Origin: an uncultured Gemmatimonadota bacterium
Lineage (GTDB): Bacteria; JAAXHH01
Direction: 5' to 3'
Assembly: GCA_951812955.1 (NCBI GenBank)
Contig: OX638340.1
Span: 2,496,001-2,560,000, forward strand
Length of the DNA stretch: 64,000 nt
The notes under the pieces are model-generated. The model did not search any database. It worked only from the letters and a program-made list of their open reading frames with translations, and had not been told where the DNA came from. Made by a program: the position numbers and the translations under genes. Shown here one piece after another: positions 1 through 10,212 of the stretch (its first letter is position 1; the number at the start of each line of letters is the position of its first letter).

Positions 1-540
1 GTGCTGTCCTTCATCGTGAAGCTCCTGCTCTTCCCGCTGACCCACAAGAGCATGAAGGCCACCCAGGGCATGGCCGCGCTTCAACCGAAAATGGAATCCC
101 TCAAGGAGAAGTTCAAGAACGATTCGACCAAGCTGAACCAGGAGATGATGAAGCTGTACCGGGAAGCGGGGGTGAACCCCCTGGGCGGCTGCCTGCCCCT
201 GCTGCTGCAGATGCCGATCCTCATTGCGCTCTATACCATCTTCAACAGCACGATAGAACTGAGGGACGCGCCTTTCGTGGGGTGGATCCAGGATCTGTCC
301 CTGATGGATCCGTACTACGTGCTGCCTGTCCTCATGGCGGCCACGATGCTGCTGCAGTCCAAGATGACGATGAAGGACCCCCGGCAGGCCATGTTCGTCT
401 ACATCATGCCCGCGGTGCTGTTTTTCATCATGATGAACCTGCCTTCCGGCCTGATCCTGTACTGGACCATGATCAACGTGCTGACCATCGCGCAGCAGGC
501 GATACAGAACCGGTTCTTCCCGGTTCAACCCGCGAAATGA
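1..540 (+). CDS. yidC: Membrane protein insertase YidC, C-terminal part (the gene continues upstream of the window).
   Basis: The translation contains the conserved YidC/Oxa1 C-terminal core (NPLGGCLPLLLQMPILIALY, then the LPSGLILYW helix). The ORF is open to position 1 and is followed directly by mnmE, as in oriC-proximal gene order. Confidence 0.85.
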   Translation: MLSFIVKLLLFPLTHKSMKATQGMAALQPKMESLKEKFKNDSTKLNQEMMKLYREAGVNPLGGCLPLLLQMPILIALYTIFNSTIELRDAPFVGWIQDLSLMDPYYVLPVLMAATMLLQSKMTMKDPRQAMFVYIMPAVLFFIMMNLPSGLILYWTMINVLTIAQQAIQNRFFPVQPAK

Positions 541-590
541 CGCGCCCGCAATGCACTGGGCGCCTGGGTGCGGCACGCCCCGATAATCCC

Positions 591-1973
591 ATGGACTCGC
601 AGGCCCCGAACGATACGATTGCCGCGATAGGCACGCCGCCCGGCGAGGGCGGTCTGTGCGTGGTGCGCATGAGCGGCCCCGACGCTTTCTCCATTGCCGA
701 CAGGGTGTTCGGCGGTGCCACCCGGCCTTCCGCGTGCGTGACGCACACCATACATCACGGACACGTCGTCGACCCCGGTACCCGCGAATGGGTCGATGAA
801 GTGCTTATGTCCGTGTTCAGGGCGCCTCGCACCTACACGCGGGAGGACCTGGTAGAATTCAGCGGTCACGGCGGCATGGTGCCAGGAAGTATGATCCTGG
901 ATGTGCTGATCCGCTCGGGCGCCAGGCTGGCGGAACCTGGCGAGTTTACAAAACGCGCCTTTCTCAACGGGAGGATCGACCTGCTGCAGGCGGAAGCGGT
1001 GGGCGAGTTAATCAGGGCGCGGACCGATGCCTGTGCGCGGGCGGCACTCAGGCAGTTGAACGGGACCTGCTCGCAACAGATCGACGGATTCAGGATAGAA
1101 CTGATTCAAATAATTGCAAATATTGAAGTAACACTTGATTTCACCGAAGAGGGACTCCCCGAAATGTCGCCGCGGACCTTCGTGGAACAGCTGCGACCCG
1201 TCAAGGTAGCGCTGGACCGCCTCATCAGGTCATCCCGCGAGACGCGCGTACTGCGCGACGGGATCCGGATCGCGTTACTCGGCAGACCCAACGTGGGCAA
1301 GTCCAGCCTGCTCAACATGCTGACGTCGCGGGACCGGGCGATCGTACATCCCGAATCCGGGACGACGCGGGATACCATCGAGGAAAACGTCGATATCCAA
1401 GGTGTGCCCGTCGTTTTCGTGGATACGGCAGGCATCCGGATTACGTCTGATATGGTAGAACAGCAGGGCGTTACACGGTCGCAAAGGGAACTGGAGCAGG
1501 CCGACATTCCCGTTTTGGTCTTCGACGCTTCGTTTCCACCGGATGACGATGACCGGCGACTGGCAGCGCAGTTGTCCGGGCGGACGGGTGTGTTTATATT
1601 GAATAAGTGCGATCTGGATTCTTACGATCCGGACGCCTATGCAGGATTACTGTCGGGTGGCCGATCGGTCCGGACCTCAGCGTTAAACGGAGCAGGCCTG
1701 GAAGACCTGTTGGAGGCGATATTCGAGATTGCGCAATTCGATCCCTCCAGCTTCGAGTCGGGACTCGTAGTCAATGCCCGTCAGGGTGAGTTGCTTGACC
1801 GGGCAAAAGCCAGCCTCGAACGAGGTATCGAAGTCCTGGAAGAAGGATCAGGTGCTGAAATGGCCGCCGTCGATTTGCGAGAATGCGTGCATCAGCTTGG
1901 TGTGCTCGTGGGCAAAGAAATCGGCGATGCGGTTTTGGACCATGTATTCTCCAGGTTCTGCATCGGTAAATAA
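591..1973 (+). CDS. mnmE: tRNA modification GTPase MnmE (TrmE).
   Basis: There is an N-terminal DTIAAIGTPPGEGG motif, a G domain (GRPNVGKSSLLN, DTAGIR, NKCDL) and the characteristic C-terminal CIGK. The chosen start is the ATG at 591, internal to the longer ORF track entry 282-1973. Confidence 0.9.
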   Translation: MDSQAPNDTIAAIGTPPGEGGLCVVRMSGPDAFSIADRVFGGATRPSACVTHTIHHGHVVDPGTREWVDEVLMSVFRAPRTYTREDLVEFSGHGGMVPGSMILDVLIRSGARLAEPGEFTKRAFLNGRIDLLQAEAVGELIRARTDACARAALRQLNGTCSQQIDGFRIELIQIIANIEVTLDFTEEGLPEMSPRTFVEQLRPVKVALDRLIRSSRETRVLRDGIRIALLGRPNVGKSSLLNMLTSRDRAIVHPESGTTRDTIEENVDIQGVPVVFVDTAGIRITSDMVEQQGVTRSQRELEQADIPVLVFDASFPPDDDDRRLAAQLSGRTGVFILNKCDLDSYDPDAYAGLLSGGRSVRTSALNGAGLEDLLEAIFEIAQFDPSSFESGLVVNARQGELLDRAKASLERGIEVLEEGSGAEMAAVDLRECVHQLGVLVGKEIGDAVLDHVFSRFCIGK

Positions 1974-2000
1974 TGTTCCACGTGAAACAGGGGCCATGCA

Positions 2001-3923
2001 GTGGGTGGAATTGATCAGCTGACAAAGGTCGAAGTCCTCGTCATCGGCGGCGGTCACGCGGGATGTGAAGCCGCGCTGGCGTCGGCCAGAATGGGCGTGG
2101 AAACTGCGCTCGTTACGCTCGACGCCTCGAAGATCGGACAGATGTCCTGCAATCCCTCCATCGGCGGCCTGGGCAAGGGCCAACTGGTGCGGGAGGTGGA
2201 CGCGCTCGGAGGGGAGATGGGCAAGGCCGCGGACGCGACGGCCGTTCAGGTCAAGATGCTGAACACGCGCAAGGGACCGGCCGTCCAATCCCTGAGATCA
2301 CAGAATGACCGGGTCGCTTACAGGGATTACATGCAGCGGGTCATTGGGGAGACGCAAAACCTGACGGTAGTGGAAGGTGAGGTATCGCAGCTGGAAGTCA
2401 ACCGAAGCCGCATTGCGGGAGTCTGGACTAGCGACGGCCGTAGCATCTCATGCCGGGCCGTAATCGTCGCTTCCGGCACATTTCTGAACGGGGTCATGCA
2501 TCGGGGTGCGAGCAACGCGCCCGGAGGACGCCTGGGTGAAAAAGCGGCAACCGAACTGTCGGATTCCCTGCGCGACCTCGGGTTCAATATCGGCAGGCTG
2601 AAGACCGGAACACCACCTAGAATTGATGGTAACACCATAGATTACAGCAAGTTGGATATAATACCAGGCGACGAGTTCCCCGAACATTTCTCCCAGGAAA
2701 GACTTTCACCTGCCGATGAACAACTGCCGTGTTACCAGACGTTTACGAACGTCCGAACCCACGAAATAATCCGGTCCGCCCTGGATCAGTCTCCCATGTT
2801 CTCTGGACGGATAACTGGCCGCGGTCCCAGGTACTGTCCGTCGGTAGAGGACAAGATCGTGCGCTTCCCGGACAGGGATAGTCACCAGATCATACTGGAA
2901 CCTGAGGGATGGAACACCGACGAGGTATATGTAAACGGATTCTCCACCAGCCTGCCGGAACCGATCCAGGATCTCGCGCTGCACACGGTAAAAGGCCTGG
3001 AAAAGGCGGAGATCGTCCAGTTCGGATACGCCGTAGAATACGATTTCATTCCACCGGAAAACCTGACCCGGACTCTTGAAACGCGCCAGGTCGCCGGCCT
3101 GTTCCTTGCGGGACAGATCAATGGAACAACGGGATATGAAGAAGCCGCGGCACAAGGGATTTTCGCTGGCATTAACGCCGCATTGGCGGTACGGAAACGT
3201 CCCGGGTTTACCCTTGACAGGGGTGAGGCTTATATCGGTGTGATGATAGACGATCTCATCACAAAAGGTGCGGACGAACCCTACCGGATGTTCACTTCAC
3301 GTGCCGAATACCGGTTGCTGCTGAGGCATGACAACGCGGACATGCGATTATCGGATCGTGCTTTCGAAGTCGGAGTGATCTCAAAAGAACGTCACGAAAC
3401 CACGGTCCGCCGGAGACGGTTGGTGGAAGGGGAAACAGAACGGCTGAAACGGATATTTGTAGCCCCGGACGCCATAAACGGCATACTGAAGGCCAGGTCC
3501 TCGATGCCGGTCACGGAACCGATGTCGTTGCACAAGCTATTGTCCCGCCCCGAGATACAATACACGGATCTGTATCCCGTGGACCCTGCACCAATGGACC
3601 ACGAGCCATCGGTCATCGGGCAGATACAGACTGCGGTCAAATACGCGGGGTACCTGGACCGCCAGAAAAAAGAGATTGAACGCATGCGGACCTGGGAATC
3701 CCGTGGGATCCCTTCTGACTTTGATTACGCATCGATCCGGGCCATGTCACACGAGGCGCGAGAAAAACTGACTGAAATCAGACCAGCAAACGTGGGACAG
3801 GCGTCTAGAATACCTGGCGTGACGCCGGCTGATCTGTCCATTCTTGTTGTGCATCTGGAACGCCGAAATTCAGTTCGCCGCAATGAAAAACAGGTGTTCC
3901 ACGTGGAACAATCGAAAACATGA
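2001..3923 (+). CDS. mnmG: tRNA uridine 5-carboxymethylaminomethyl modification enzyme MnmG (GidA).
   Basis: It has the FAD-binding N-terminus [21 protein letters not shown] and GidA-typical length and motifs (640 aa). The start is a GTG. Confidence 0.92.
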   Translation: MGGIDQLTKVEVLVIGGGHAGCEAALASARMGVETALVTLDASKIGQMSCNPSIGGLGKGQLVREVDALGGEMGKAADATAVQVKMLNTRKGPAVQSLRSQNDRVAYRDYMQRVIGETQNLTVVEGEVSQLEVNRSRIAGVWTSDGRSISCRAVIVASGTFLNGVMHRGASNAPGGRLGEKAATELSDSLRDLGFNIGRLKTGTPPRIDGNTIDYSKLDIIPGDEFPEHFSQERLSPADEQLPCYQTFTNVRTHEIIRSALDQSPMFSGRITGRGPRYCPSVEDKIVRFPDRDSHQIILEPEGWNTDEVYVNGFSTSLPEPIQDLALHTVKGLEKAEIVQFGYAVEYDFIPPENLTRTLETRQVAGLFLAGQINGTTGYEEAAAQGIFAGINAALAVRKRPGFTLDRGEAYIGVMIDDLITKGADEPYRMFTSRAEYRLLLRHDNADMRLSDRAFEVGVISKERHETTVRRRRLVEGETERLKRIFVAPDAINGILKARSSMPVTEPMSLHKLLSRPEIQYTDLYPVDPAPMDHEPSVIGQIQTAVKYAGYLDRQKKEIERMRTWESRGIPSDFDYASIRAMSHEAREKLTEIRPANVGQASRIPGVTPADLSILVVHLERRNSVRRNEKQVFHVEQSKT

Positions 3924-3924
3924 A

Positions 3925-4581
3925 ATGGAAACACTCGAGCCATTTGCGCTGCGCATCGAAGAGTTGGGACATCGCCTGGACGCCCGTCAAATAGAGGCAT
4001 TCGAACGGTACCTGGCAGAGATTCGGCGCGTAAACAGTCAGCTCAATCTCGTATCCCATAACGATCTGCAACGGATTCCGACAAGACACTTCCTCGATTC
4101 GGTCATACCCTCCCTGAAGGGCATCTTGCCCCTGGATGATACGATCATCGACATAGGTAGCGGAGGTGGTTTTCCAGGGATTCCTCTTGGCATCCTACTT
4201 CCGGACACATCCTTCTTGCTGGTCGAATCGAATCAGAAAAAGAGTACTTTTCTTCGACAGGTGAGGCGCGTTCTCTCGCTGAATAATGTCAACGTGTGCA
4301 ACGCCCGCATAGAAAATCTGCCGGAATTCGTTAAAGATAGATTGTATGACGGCGCGGTAGCGAGGGCCGTTGGTTCAATAGGTCAACTGGCAGGATGGTG
4401 CGGAGGCGTGCTGAAACCGGGTGGAAAGCTGATTTGTTACAAGGGTCCAGATCCGGAAGTAGAGATCGAGTCAGCCGGGAACGTCTTGGAAGCGGAGGGT
4501 ATGGTCTGGGAAGGAACACATTCATACGACGAAAGTCGCCGTGATTCGCCTACCCTCGTCGTGTTGAGAAAAACAGAATAA
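3925..4581 (+). CDS. rsmG: 16S rRNA (guanine527-N7)-methyltransferase RsmG (GidB).
   Basis: It contains the SAM-binding motif IDIGSGGGFPGIPLGIL. The ATG lies 2 nt after the mnmG stop, so the genes are colinear as mnmG-rsmG. Confidence 0.88.
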   Translation: METLEPFALRIEELGHRLDARQIEAFERYLAEIRRVNSQLNLVSHNDLQRIPTRHFLDSVIPSLKGILPLDDTIIDIGSGGGFPGIPLGILLPDTSFLLVESNQKKSTFLRQVRRVLSLNNVNVCNARIENLPEFVKDRLYDGAVARAVGSIGQLAGWCGGVLKPGGKLICYKGPDPEVEIESAGNVLEAEGMVWEGTHSYDESRRDSPTLVVLRKTE

Positions 4582-4762
4582 AGGTTGATCGTTAGTCAGG
4601 GCAACATCTGGTGAAGTCAAAAACCAGCCGTAAGGTGATAATTACCACCGATTAAACAGCCTACCTCACTGCCGATTGGGCAGCGGTGACAAAAAACGCG
4701 TATACATAATAATATACGGGCTTTCGGCAGTGTTTCATACAACAATATAACTAAGTGTAATA

Positions 4763-6004
4763 TCAGTAGTTACGATCAGTAAACAACCCGCTGTAACCAC
4801 CGAGCAACATGACCTCTATTTCCTGGCCTGTCTTCATGTATTCCTGGTCTTCATGGCTGACGGCCAATCCATCCGCAATGGACATGGACCTTAGAATGCC
4901 TGAGCCCTGCGCACCGGTACGCGAAGCGAAATAAATGTCGCCTCGCTTACGGAGGGTAACGCGTATGAACTGCTTTCGTCCAAGCGATTTAGTGATGTCT
5001 TCCAACAATCGGGCCTTGATTGTGGGACGATAGATGTGGGTGTAGCCTTGCATCTTGAGCAGGGCGGGTCGCATGAACAGTTCGAAAGTGACCATGGAAG
5101 CTACGGGGTTGCCCGGCAGGCCGAATACTATGGTATCTTCGATCGCGCCGAAGGCGAGTGGTCGCCCCGGCGTCATGGATACCTTCCAGAATGCCATGGA
5201 GGTGCCGACGGCCTCGAGGGCGGCCTTGACGTAGTCGTATTCTCCCACGGAAACCCCGCCCGAAGTAATGATCGCGTCCGCCACGAGTCCGTCGCGCAGT
5301 ACCCGTTCAAGCTCTTCCTGTGTATCCGGACAGATACCCAAACGCAAGGGGATGCCGCCGGCATCCGCCACCAGTGCGGAAAGGGCGTATCCGTTGCTGT
5401 CCACGATCTTGCCGTCTTCGAGCGGTTCATCCACGTCGACGATCTCATCGCCGGTGGATAGCACGGCGACCCTGGGGCGGCGGTAGACCGACACGTGGGA
5501 GCGATTGGTAGAGGCGAACAGACCGACCTCGGCCGGCCGGATCAGCATCCCGGAAGGGATGATGAGGTCTCCTTCGCGGATGTCTTCGCCTATCCTGCGG
5601 AGATCCGTTCCGGATTCCACGGGCTGGAGAATGCGCACGCGCCGCTCATCGATCCGTAATGTGCGCTCGGCGCGAACGATGGTATCCGCGCCATCGGGCA
5701 CCGGCGCGCCGGTCATGATATGTATGGCCTGTCCCGGTCCGACGGTGTGTTTCGCCACGTATCCGGCGGGCAGATCCTCAACGATCTCCAGTTCCGCCGG
5801 GGAATCCGGCGACGCGGGCACCGTATCCGCGGCCCGGACCGCGTAGCCGTCCATGGCCGAATTGTCCCAGGGTGGCTGGTTCCTCGTGGCGTGGACGTCT
5901 TCGGCAAGCACCCGGCCGAGGCCCGACGCGATATCGACTCTCTCCGCGCCGAGGGGCCGGATCCGGTTCAGTATGGCATCGCGGGCTTCGATCACTGAGA
6001 TCAT
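4763..6004 (-). CDS. moeA: Molybdopterin molybdenumtransferase MoeA.
   Basis: The translation shows the MoeA domain order, including VLSTGDE and the C-terminal SGGVSVGEYDYV and PGNPVAS signatures. It has an ATG start and is 413 aa. Confidence 0.85.
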   Translation of the reverse strand: MISVIEARDAILNRIRPLGAERVDIASGLGRVLAEDVHATRNQPPWDNSAMDGYAVRAADTVPASPDSPAELEIVEDLPAGYVAKHTVGPGQAIHIMTGAPVPDGADTIVRAERTLRIDERRVRILQPVESGTDLRRIGEDIREGDLIIPSGMLIRPAEVGLFASTNRSHVSVYRRPRVAVLSTGDEIVDVDEPLEDGKIVDSNGYALSALVADAGGIPLRLGICPDTQEELERVLRDGLVADAIITSGGVSVGEYDYVKAALEAVGTSMAFWKVSMTPGRPLAFGAIEDTIVFGLPGNPVASMVTFELFMRPALLKMQGYTHIYRPTIKARLLEDITKSLGRKQFIRVTLRKRGDIYFASRTGAQGSGILRSMSIADGLAVSHEDQEYMKTGQEIEVMLLGGYSGLFTDRNY

Positions 6005-6014
6005 CGCGGATTCC

Positions 6015-7262
6015 TCACGATACGGCCTGGTCAGCCGCGCCCATCAGCAGCACGGAAACCTCGGCTCCTCGTGAAATGGACGTCACGCCCGTTTCCACGA
6101 TGACGAGCCCGTTGGTCCCGGTCATGGAACTGAGCATGCCCGAGCCCTGGCCCGCGACTGTCGAGGCGTGAAACCGGCCGCCGGTACAGGAGATCCTGGC
6201 GCGGAGATAGTGCCGCCGGTCCCCGCCTGCCGTCAGGTCGTTCTCGAGTTCCGCCTGAACCGTAGGCAAGCGCCAGTCATGGGGGCCATAGCCCATCATC
6301 TTGCGCATGGCAGGCCGTGCGAAAAGGAGGAAAGAGACCATGCACGAAACGGGATTTCCCGGCAGGCCGAAAAACGGTTTCCCTTGAAGCAGCCCATAGG
6401 CCAGGGGCTTCCCTGGCTTCATCTTCACCCGCCAGAACCTCATATCCGCGCCGAGGTCTTCCAGTACTTTCTTCACGTAATCGTAGTCACCTACGGATAC
6501 GCCGCCGGTCGAAAGGACCACATCCGCGCTCAGGGCAGACCGTATGGCCGCTGCGATCTCTGACTCGCTGTCCCCGGCGATGCCCAGGTTGACGGGCATG
6601 CCGTTGCATTCCCGCACGAGCGCGGACAGGGAATAGCTGTTGCTGTTGACGATCTTTCCCGGTTCGAGCCGTTCGTCGATTTCGACCACCTCGTCGCCCG
6701 TGGAAAGCACGGCCACGACCGGGCGCCTGCGAACCGAGACCTGGGACCTTTGGAAGGCCGCCAGGAGACCGATCTCGCCGGGGCCGATTTCAGCGCCGTC
6801 GAACAGGACTCGCTGCCCCTGCCTTACGTCTTCACCCCGGTAGCGTACGTTCTGGCCCGGCCTGACCGCCTTGAGCACCTCGACACCTTCCTCGTTCTGC
6901 CTGGTGTTCTCCACCATGACGACGGCGTCTGCGCCTTCGGGGAGGAAGGCGCCGGTCATGATGCGCGAAGCTTTGCCGGGACCTATCCGTACGGCGGGTA
7001 CGGTTCCGGCCGGAATCTCTTCGAGGACCTCGAGATGGCAGGGGGTATCCGCTGATGACCCGGTCGTGTCCGCGGCCCATACGGCATAGCCGTCGACGGA
7101 AGAATTGTCGTGGGGCGGCACGTCGAACCTCGGCGCAACGTCCTCGGCGAGCACACGGCCCTGACTCTCGGACAGTGGTACGCGTTCGATTCCCGAGACG
7201 GAGACCGAGTCCAGCACGATCTCCTGGGCTTCCTCCACCGTAAGCATCCGATCCGCAGTCAT
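6015..7262 (-). CDS. Second MoeA-family molybdopterin molybdenumtransferase paralog, tandem to the first.
   Basis: It shares the same signatures (VLSTGDE, TGGVSVGDYDYV, PGNPVS). It is separated by 10 nt from the downstream moeA and the two proteins are roughly 45 percent identical by eye. I chose the internal ATG at 7262 over the TTG at 7277. Confidence 0.82.
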   Translation of the reverse strand: MTADRMLTVEEAQEIVLDSVSVSGIERVPLSESQGRVLAEDVAPRFDVPPHDNSSVDGYAVWAADTTGSSADTPCHLEVLEEIPAGTVPAVRIGPGKASRIMTGAFLPEGADAVVMVENTRQNEEGVEVLKAVRPGQNVRYRGEDVRQGQRVLFDGAEIGPGEIGLLAAFQRSQVSVRRRPVVAVLSTGDEVVEIDERLEPGKIVNSNSYSLSALVRECNGMPVNLGIAGDSESEIAAAIRSALSADVVLSTGGVSVGDYDYVKKVLEDLGADMRFWRVKMKPGKPLAYGLLQGKPFFGLPGNPVSCMVSFLLFARPAMRKMMGYGPHDWRLPTVQAELENDLTAGGDRRHYLRARISCTGGRFHASTVAGQGSGMLSSMTGTNGLVIVETGVTSISRGAEVSVLLMGAADQAVS

Positions 7263-7292
7263 GAATCCATCCTTCAAGGTCTGCAGTACGAC

Positions 7293-8951
7293 TTACCTGC
7301 CGCTGGTTCTCGCCATGAACGCTTCGATGTCTTCGATCGACCTGGGTACGCCGTCCGACAGTACCCGGTGTCCGTCTTCGGTCACCAGCACGTCGTCTTC
7401 GATGCGCACGCCGATATTCCTGTATCGCTCGAAAGCGGGGCGGATCGCCTCGATCAGCGCGTTATTCCGGGGGGTGTCTTCAAGGTTTTCGAGCGTGTCC
7501 TCCCGGATGTAGATGCCGGGTTCCACCGTGATAACCATGCCTGGCCTGAAGGGCATGTCCCTTCCGCCGACGTCATGGACGTCCAGGCCCAGCCAGTGGC
7601 TGGTGCCGTGCATGAACCACATGCGATACTGGTTTCCCGACGCATCTTTAATCAGGCCCAGCTTCAGGAGCCCGTCCGCGACCGCCTTCCGCGCCGTTTC
7701 ATGCACCCTTCGTATGGTCATGCCGGGCCGGACCGCGGCCATGGCGCGGGCATGGGCATCGAGAACGACATCGTACACTTCACGCTGCGCTTCCGTGAAG
7801 ACCCCGCCGACCGGAAACGTCCGGGTGACGTCGGCCGTGTAGTTTCCAACGGCCGCGCCGATATCGGCCAGGACGAGCTCGCCCTTCGTGATTTCACGGT
7901 TGTTCTCTTCGTAGTGTAACGTCGTCGCGTTGGGACCCGAGGCCACGATGGATGGAAATCCCCAGCGCGCGCCGTGACCGCGATAGGTTGCAAGAATGAT
8001 GCCGTCGAGTACGGATTCGTTCAGCGGTTCCGCGGTGCTGGCCGCCTTGCGCATGATGGCCCGTTGCGCCAGGCAGGTAATGTCGATGGCCCGTTGCAGC
8101 CGCCGGAGTTCCCAGGGCGACTTGACGACGCGCTGGTCCCGGAAGAGGCCGGACGCCAACCGCACCTGTACGGCGGGAAATCGAGCGGCTTCCGAGGCGA
8201 ATTGCACGGCCTGGGGATACCGGGTCCCGAACCTGGACTGCGCGTCGGCCAGCAACCAGACTTGCACGGGTTTACCGCGCTCGATGGATTCGGACGTGAC
8301 CTGGTAATCACGCGCGTCGCCGGAGGGACGTTTTTCATACGTGGATCCGCCGAGGATGGCCTCGACAAAGGCTTCGAATTCTTCAATCGGCCATACATGC
8401 TCGATCCCGGTCATGCGCCGGGCTTCATCTACGCCGATCATGTGGCCGGTCCAGATTTCCCGCGCGGGGTCGCGCCTGGGGAGAAAGAGGATTTCCTTCT
8501 GGCTTCTATTATCGGGCAGCAGTACGAGCGCGGCGCCGGGCTGGCTGATGCCGGTCAGGTAGAACAGGTTGCTTTCCTGGCGGTAGGGATAGTTGACGTC
8601 GTTGCTGAATACCTTGGGTTCCGTCCCGAACAGGATCATGATCCCGCTGCCCATACCCTTGAGTATCCGGGCCCGCCGTTCCGCCAGTTCCTCCGCCGGC
8701 GCCGGTCCGGCGTCCTCCGTGATCGACACGGTCTCCAGCTGGGCTGCGGCCGGGGAAGCCGGCGCTGCTCCATAGAGGACCGCGATCCAGAGTGCGGCGG
8801 AAAAGGCCGCGCGAAAAGCGGTGGAAAAGGCCATCCGCATGGAAAAGACCGCGCGAAAAGCGGCAGAAGAGGCCATCCAGGTCGTAGCGGAAAAGTCCGC
8901 GCACCACGCGGTGGCGGCCGTGAAATAACCCGTCGCACTTCGTCGCTTCAT
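7293..8951 (-). CDS. Xaa-Pro aminopeptidase (M24B, PepP-like) with a long N-terminal signal-like extension.
   Basis: The pita-bread metallopeptidase core is present (HGTSHWLGLDVHDVGG, GMVITVEPGIYI, and the metal ligands D/D/H/E/E context). The N-terminus contains a hydrophobic stretch ending in ASPAAAQ that looks like a Sec signal. I chose the ATG at 8951, which has an AGGA 8 nt upstream; the maximal ORF begins with a TTG at 9002. Confidence 0.78.
   Translation of the reverse strand: MKRRSATGYFTAATAWCADFSATTWMASSAAFRAVFSMRMAFSTAFRAAFSAALWIAVLYGAAPASPAAAQLETVSITEDAGPAPAEELAERRARILKGMGSGIMILFGTEPKVFSNDVNYPYRQESNLFYLTGISQPGAALVLLPDNRSQKEILFLPRRDPAREIWTGHMIGVDEARRMTGIEHVWPIEEFEAFVEAILGGSTYEKRPSGDARDYQVTSESIERGKPVQVWLLADAQSRFGTRYPQAVQFASEAARFPAVQVRLASGLFRDQRVVKSPWELRRLQRAIDITCLAQRAIMRKAASTAEPLNESVLDGIILATYRGHGARWGFPSIVASGPNATTLHYEENNREITKGELVLADIGAAVGNYTADVTRTFPVGGVFTEAQREVYDVVLDAHARAMAAVRPGMTIRRVHETARKAVADGLLKLGLIKDASGNQYRMWFMHGTSHWLGLDVHDVGGRDMPFRPGMVITVEPGIYIREDTLENLEDTPRNNALIEAIRPAFERYRNIGVRIEDDVLVTEDGHRVLSDGVPRSIEDIEAFMARTSGR
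8797..8903. repeat. Degenerate tandem repeat (roughly 21-bp subunit, 42-bp unit, 2.5 copies) inside the 5' end of the pepP-like gene.
   Basis: Units ggaaaaggccgcgcgaaaagcg and gtggaaaaggccatccgcat are read directly at 8799-8840, 8841-8882, then a partial copy at 8883-8903. They translate to the repeated peptide AFRAVFSMRMAFSTAFRAAFSAA. Confidence 0.7.
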
Positions 8952-8998
8952 GGGTCGTCGTCCTGTGGAATCGTTTGTGTCGTACGCGTCGTATGTGT

Positions 8999-10210
8999 TC
9001 AAGTGGTGTATTCCGCGTTCACGGTCACGTATTCATGGGACATGTCGCAGGTCCATACCGTGGCCGCGCCGTCTCCCAGTTTGAGATCGATTTCGACCGG
9101 AATTTCCCCGGCGGAGAGCGCTTCCCGCATGGCCGGTTCGTCGAGGGTGAGCCCCCGGCCATCCTGCGTCAGCTGGTGACCGCACAGGAACAGGTCGATG
9201 GCGTCGGGGTCCGTTTCGGCGTCCGCGTAGCCGACGGCGCAGAGGATCCTGCCCCAGTTCGGATCGTGGCCGTAAATGGCTGTCTTCACGAGCGCGGAGT
9301 TCGCCACGCTCATGCCGATCGTCCGGGCGTCCTCGTCCGTCCGGGCTCCCTGCACGCGTATCTCCACGAGTTTCGTCGCCCCTTCGCCGTCCCGCGCGAT
9401 CTTCTTGGCCAGGTCGGTGCAGACGTGCTCCAGCGCTTCGGCGAACCGCTCGTAGGCGTCCCCGTCGGGCCGCGTGATTACCGGGTTTTCCGCGGCGCCG
9501 TTGGCCAGGATGAACACGGTGTCGTTCGTGCTCATGTCGCCGTCGACGGTGATGCAGTTGAAGGACTTCCCGGCGGCCCGGCGCAGGGCCGACTGGAGGG
9601 CCCCCGGCGCGATGGCGGCGTCCGTCGTGATCAACCCGATCATCGTGGCCATGTTCGGGCAGATCATGCCCGCGCCCTTGGCGATTCCGCCGACCACCAC
9701 GGCCGACCCTTCGAGATCGCACCACACCGCGCAGGATTTGGGGACCGTGTCAGTCGTCATGATTGAATCGGCGGCGTCCCGGTCCGAACCCAGCCGTTGC
9801 CGGTCCAGCGCTTCCCGGATGCCGTCGCGGATTATGTCCATGGGCAGGGGACGTCCGATCACCCCGGTGGAGGCGACGAGGATCTCGCTTGCGGGCACGG
9901 ACAGACCGCCGGCGACCAGGCCGGCCATCTCCCGGGCGTCCGCCATGCCGGCCTCCCCGTTGCACGCGTTCGCGTTGCCGCTGTTTGCCACTACGGCCCG
10001 CGCCATGCCGGTCTGCAGATGGTCCCTGGACAGGATCACCGGCGCGGCCTGCACCCGGTTCGTGGTAAATACGCCCGCCGCGGAGGCGGTACCGCCCGCG
10101 TCGATCAAAACCAGGTCCTTGCGGCTGCCCTTCGGACTGTTGATGCCGCAACTCGCTGTGTTGGCCAGGAATCCCTTCGGCGCCAGCACGCCCCCGTCTA
10201 CCGTTTGCAT
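8999..10210 (-). CDS. argJ: Bifunctional ornithine acetyltransferase / N-acetylglutamate synthase ArgJ.
   Basis: It has the ArgJ autoprocessing-site region ATMIGLITTDAAI, the downstream TVDGDMSTNDT, and the C-terminal AEYTT. The ATG at 10210 lies 2 nt after the carB stop. Confidence 0.9.
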   Translation of the reverse strand: MQTVDGGVLAPKGFLANTASCGINSPKGSRKDLVLIDAGGTASAAGVFTTNRVQAAPVILSRDHLQTGMARAVVANSGNANACNGEAGMADAREMAGLVAGGLSVPASEILVASTGVIGRPLPMDIIRDGIREALDRQRLGSDRDAADSIMTTDTVPKSCAVWCDLEGSAVVVGGIAKGAGMICPNMATMIGLITTDAAIAPGALQSALRRAAGKSFNCITVDGDMSTNDTVFILANGAAENPVITRPDGDAYERFAEALEHVCTDLAKKIARDGEGATKLVEIRVQGARTDEDARTIGMSVANSALVKTAIYGHDPNWGRILCAVGYADAETDPDAIDLFLCGHQLTQDGRGLTLDEPAMREALSAGEIPVEIDLKLGDGAATVWTCDMSHEYVTVNAEYTT

Positions 10211-10212
10211 AG

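Noticed and set aside
282-590. A long N-terminal extension of the mnmE ORF (ORF track 282-1973) that overlaps yidC.
   Set aside because: The extension has no MnmE homology and overlaps the yidC coding frame. The conserved MnmE N-terminus (DTIAAIGTPPG) begins right after the ATG at 591.
8797-8903. Considered whether the tandem repeats near 8.8 kb were a CRISPR array.
   Set aside because: There are only 2.5 contiguous, degenerate units with no unique spacers. They lie inside a coding region and no cas genes are nearby. No CRISPR array was found anywhere in the window.
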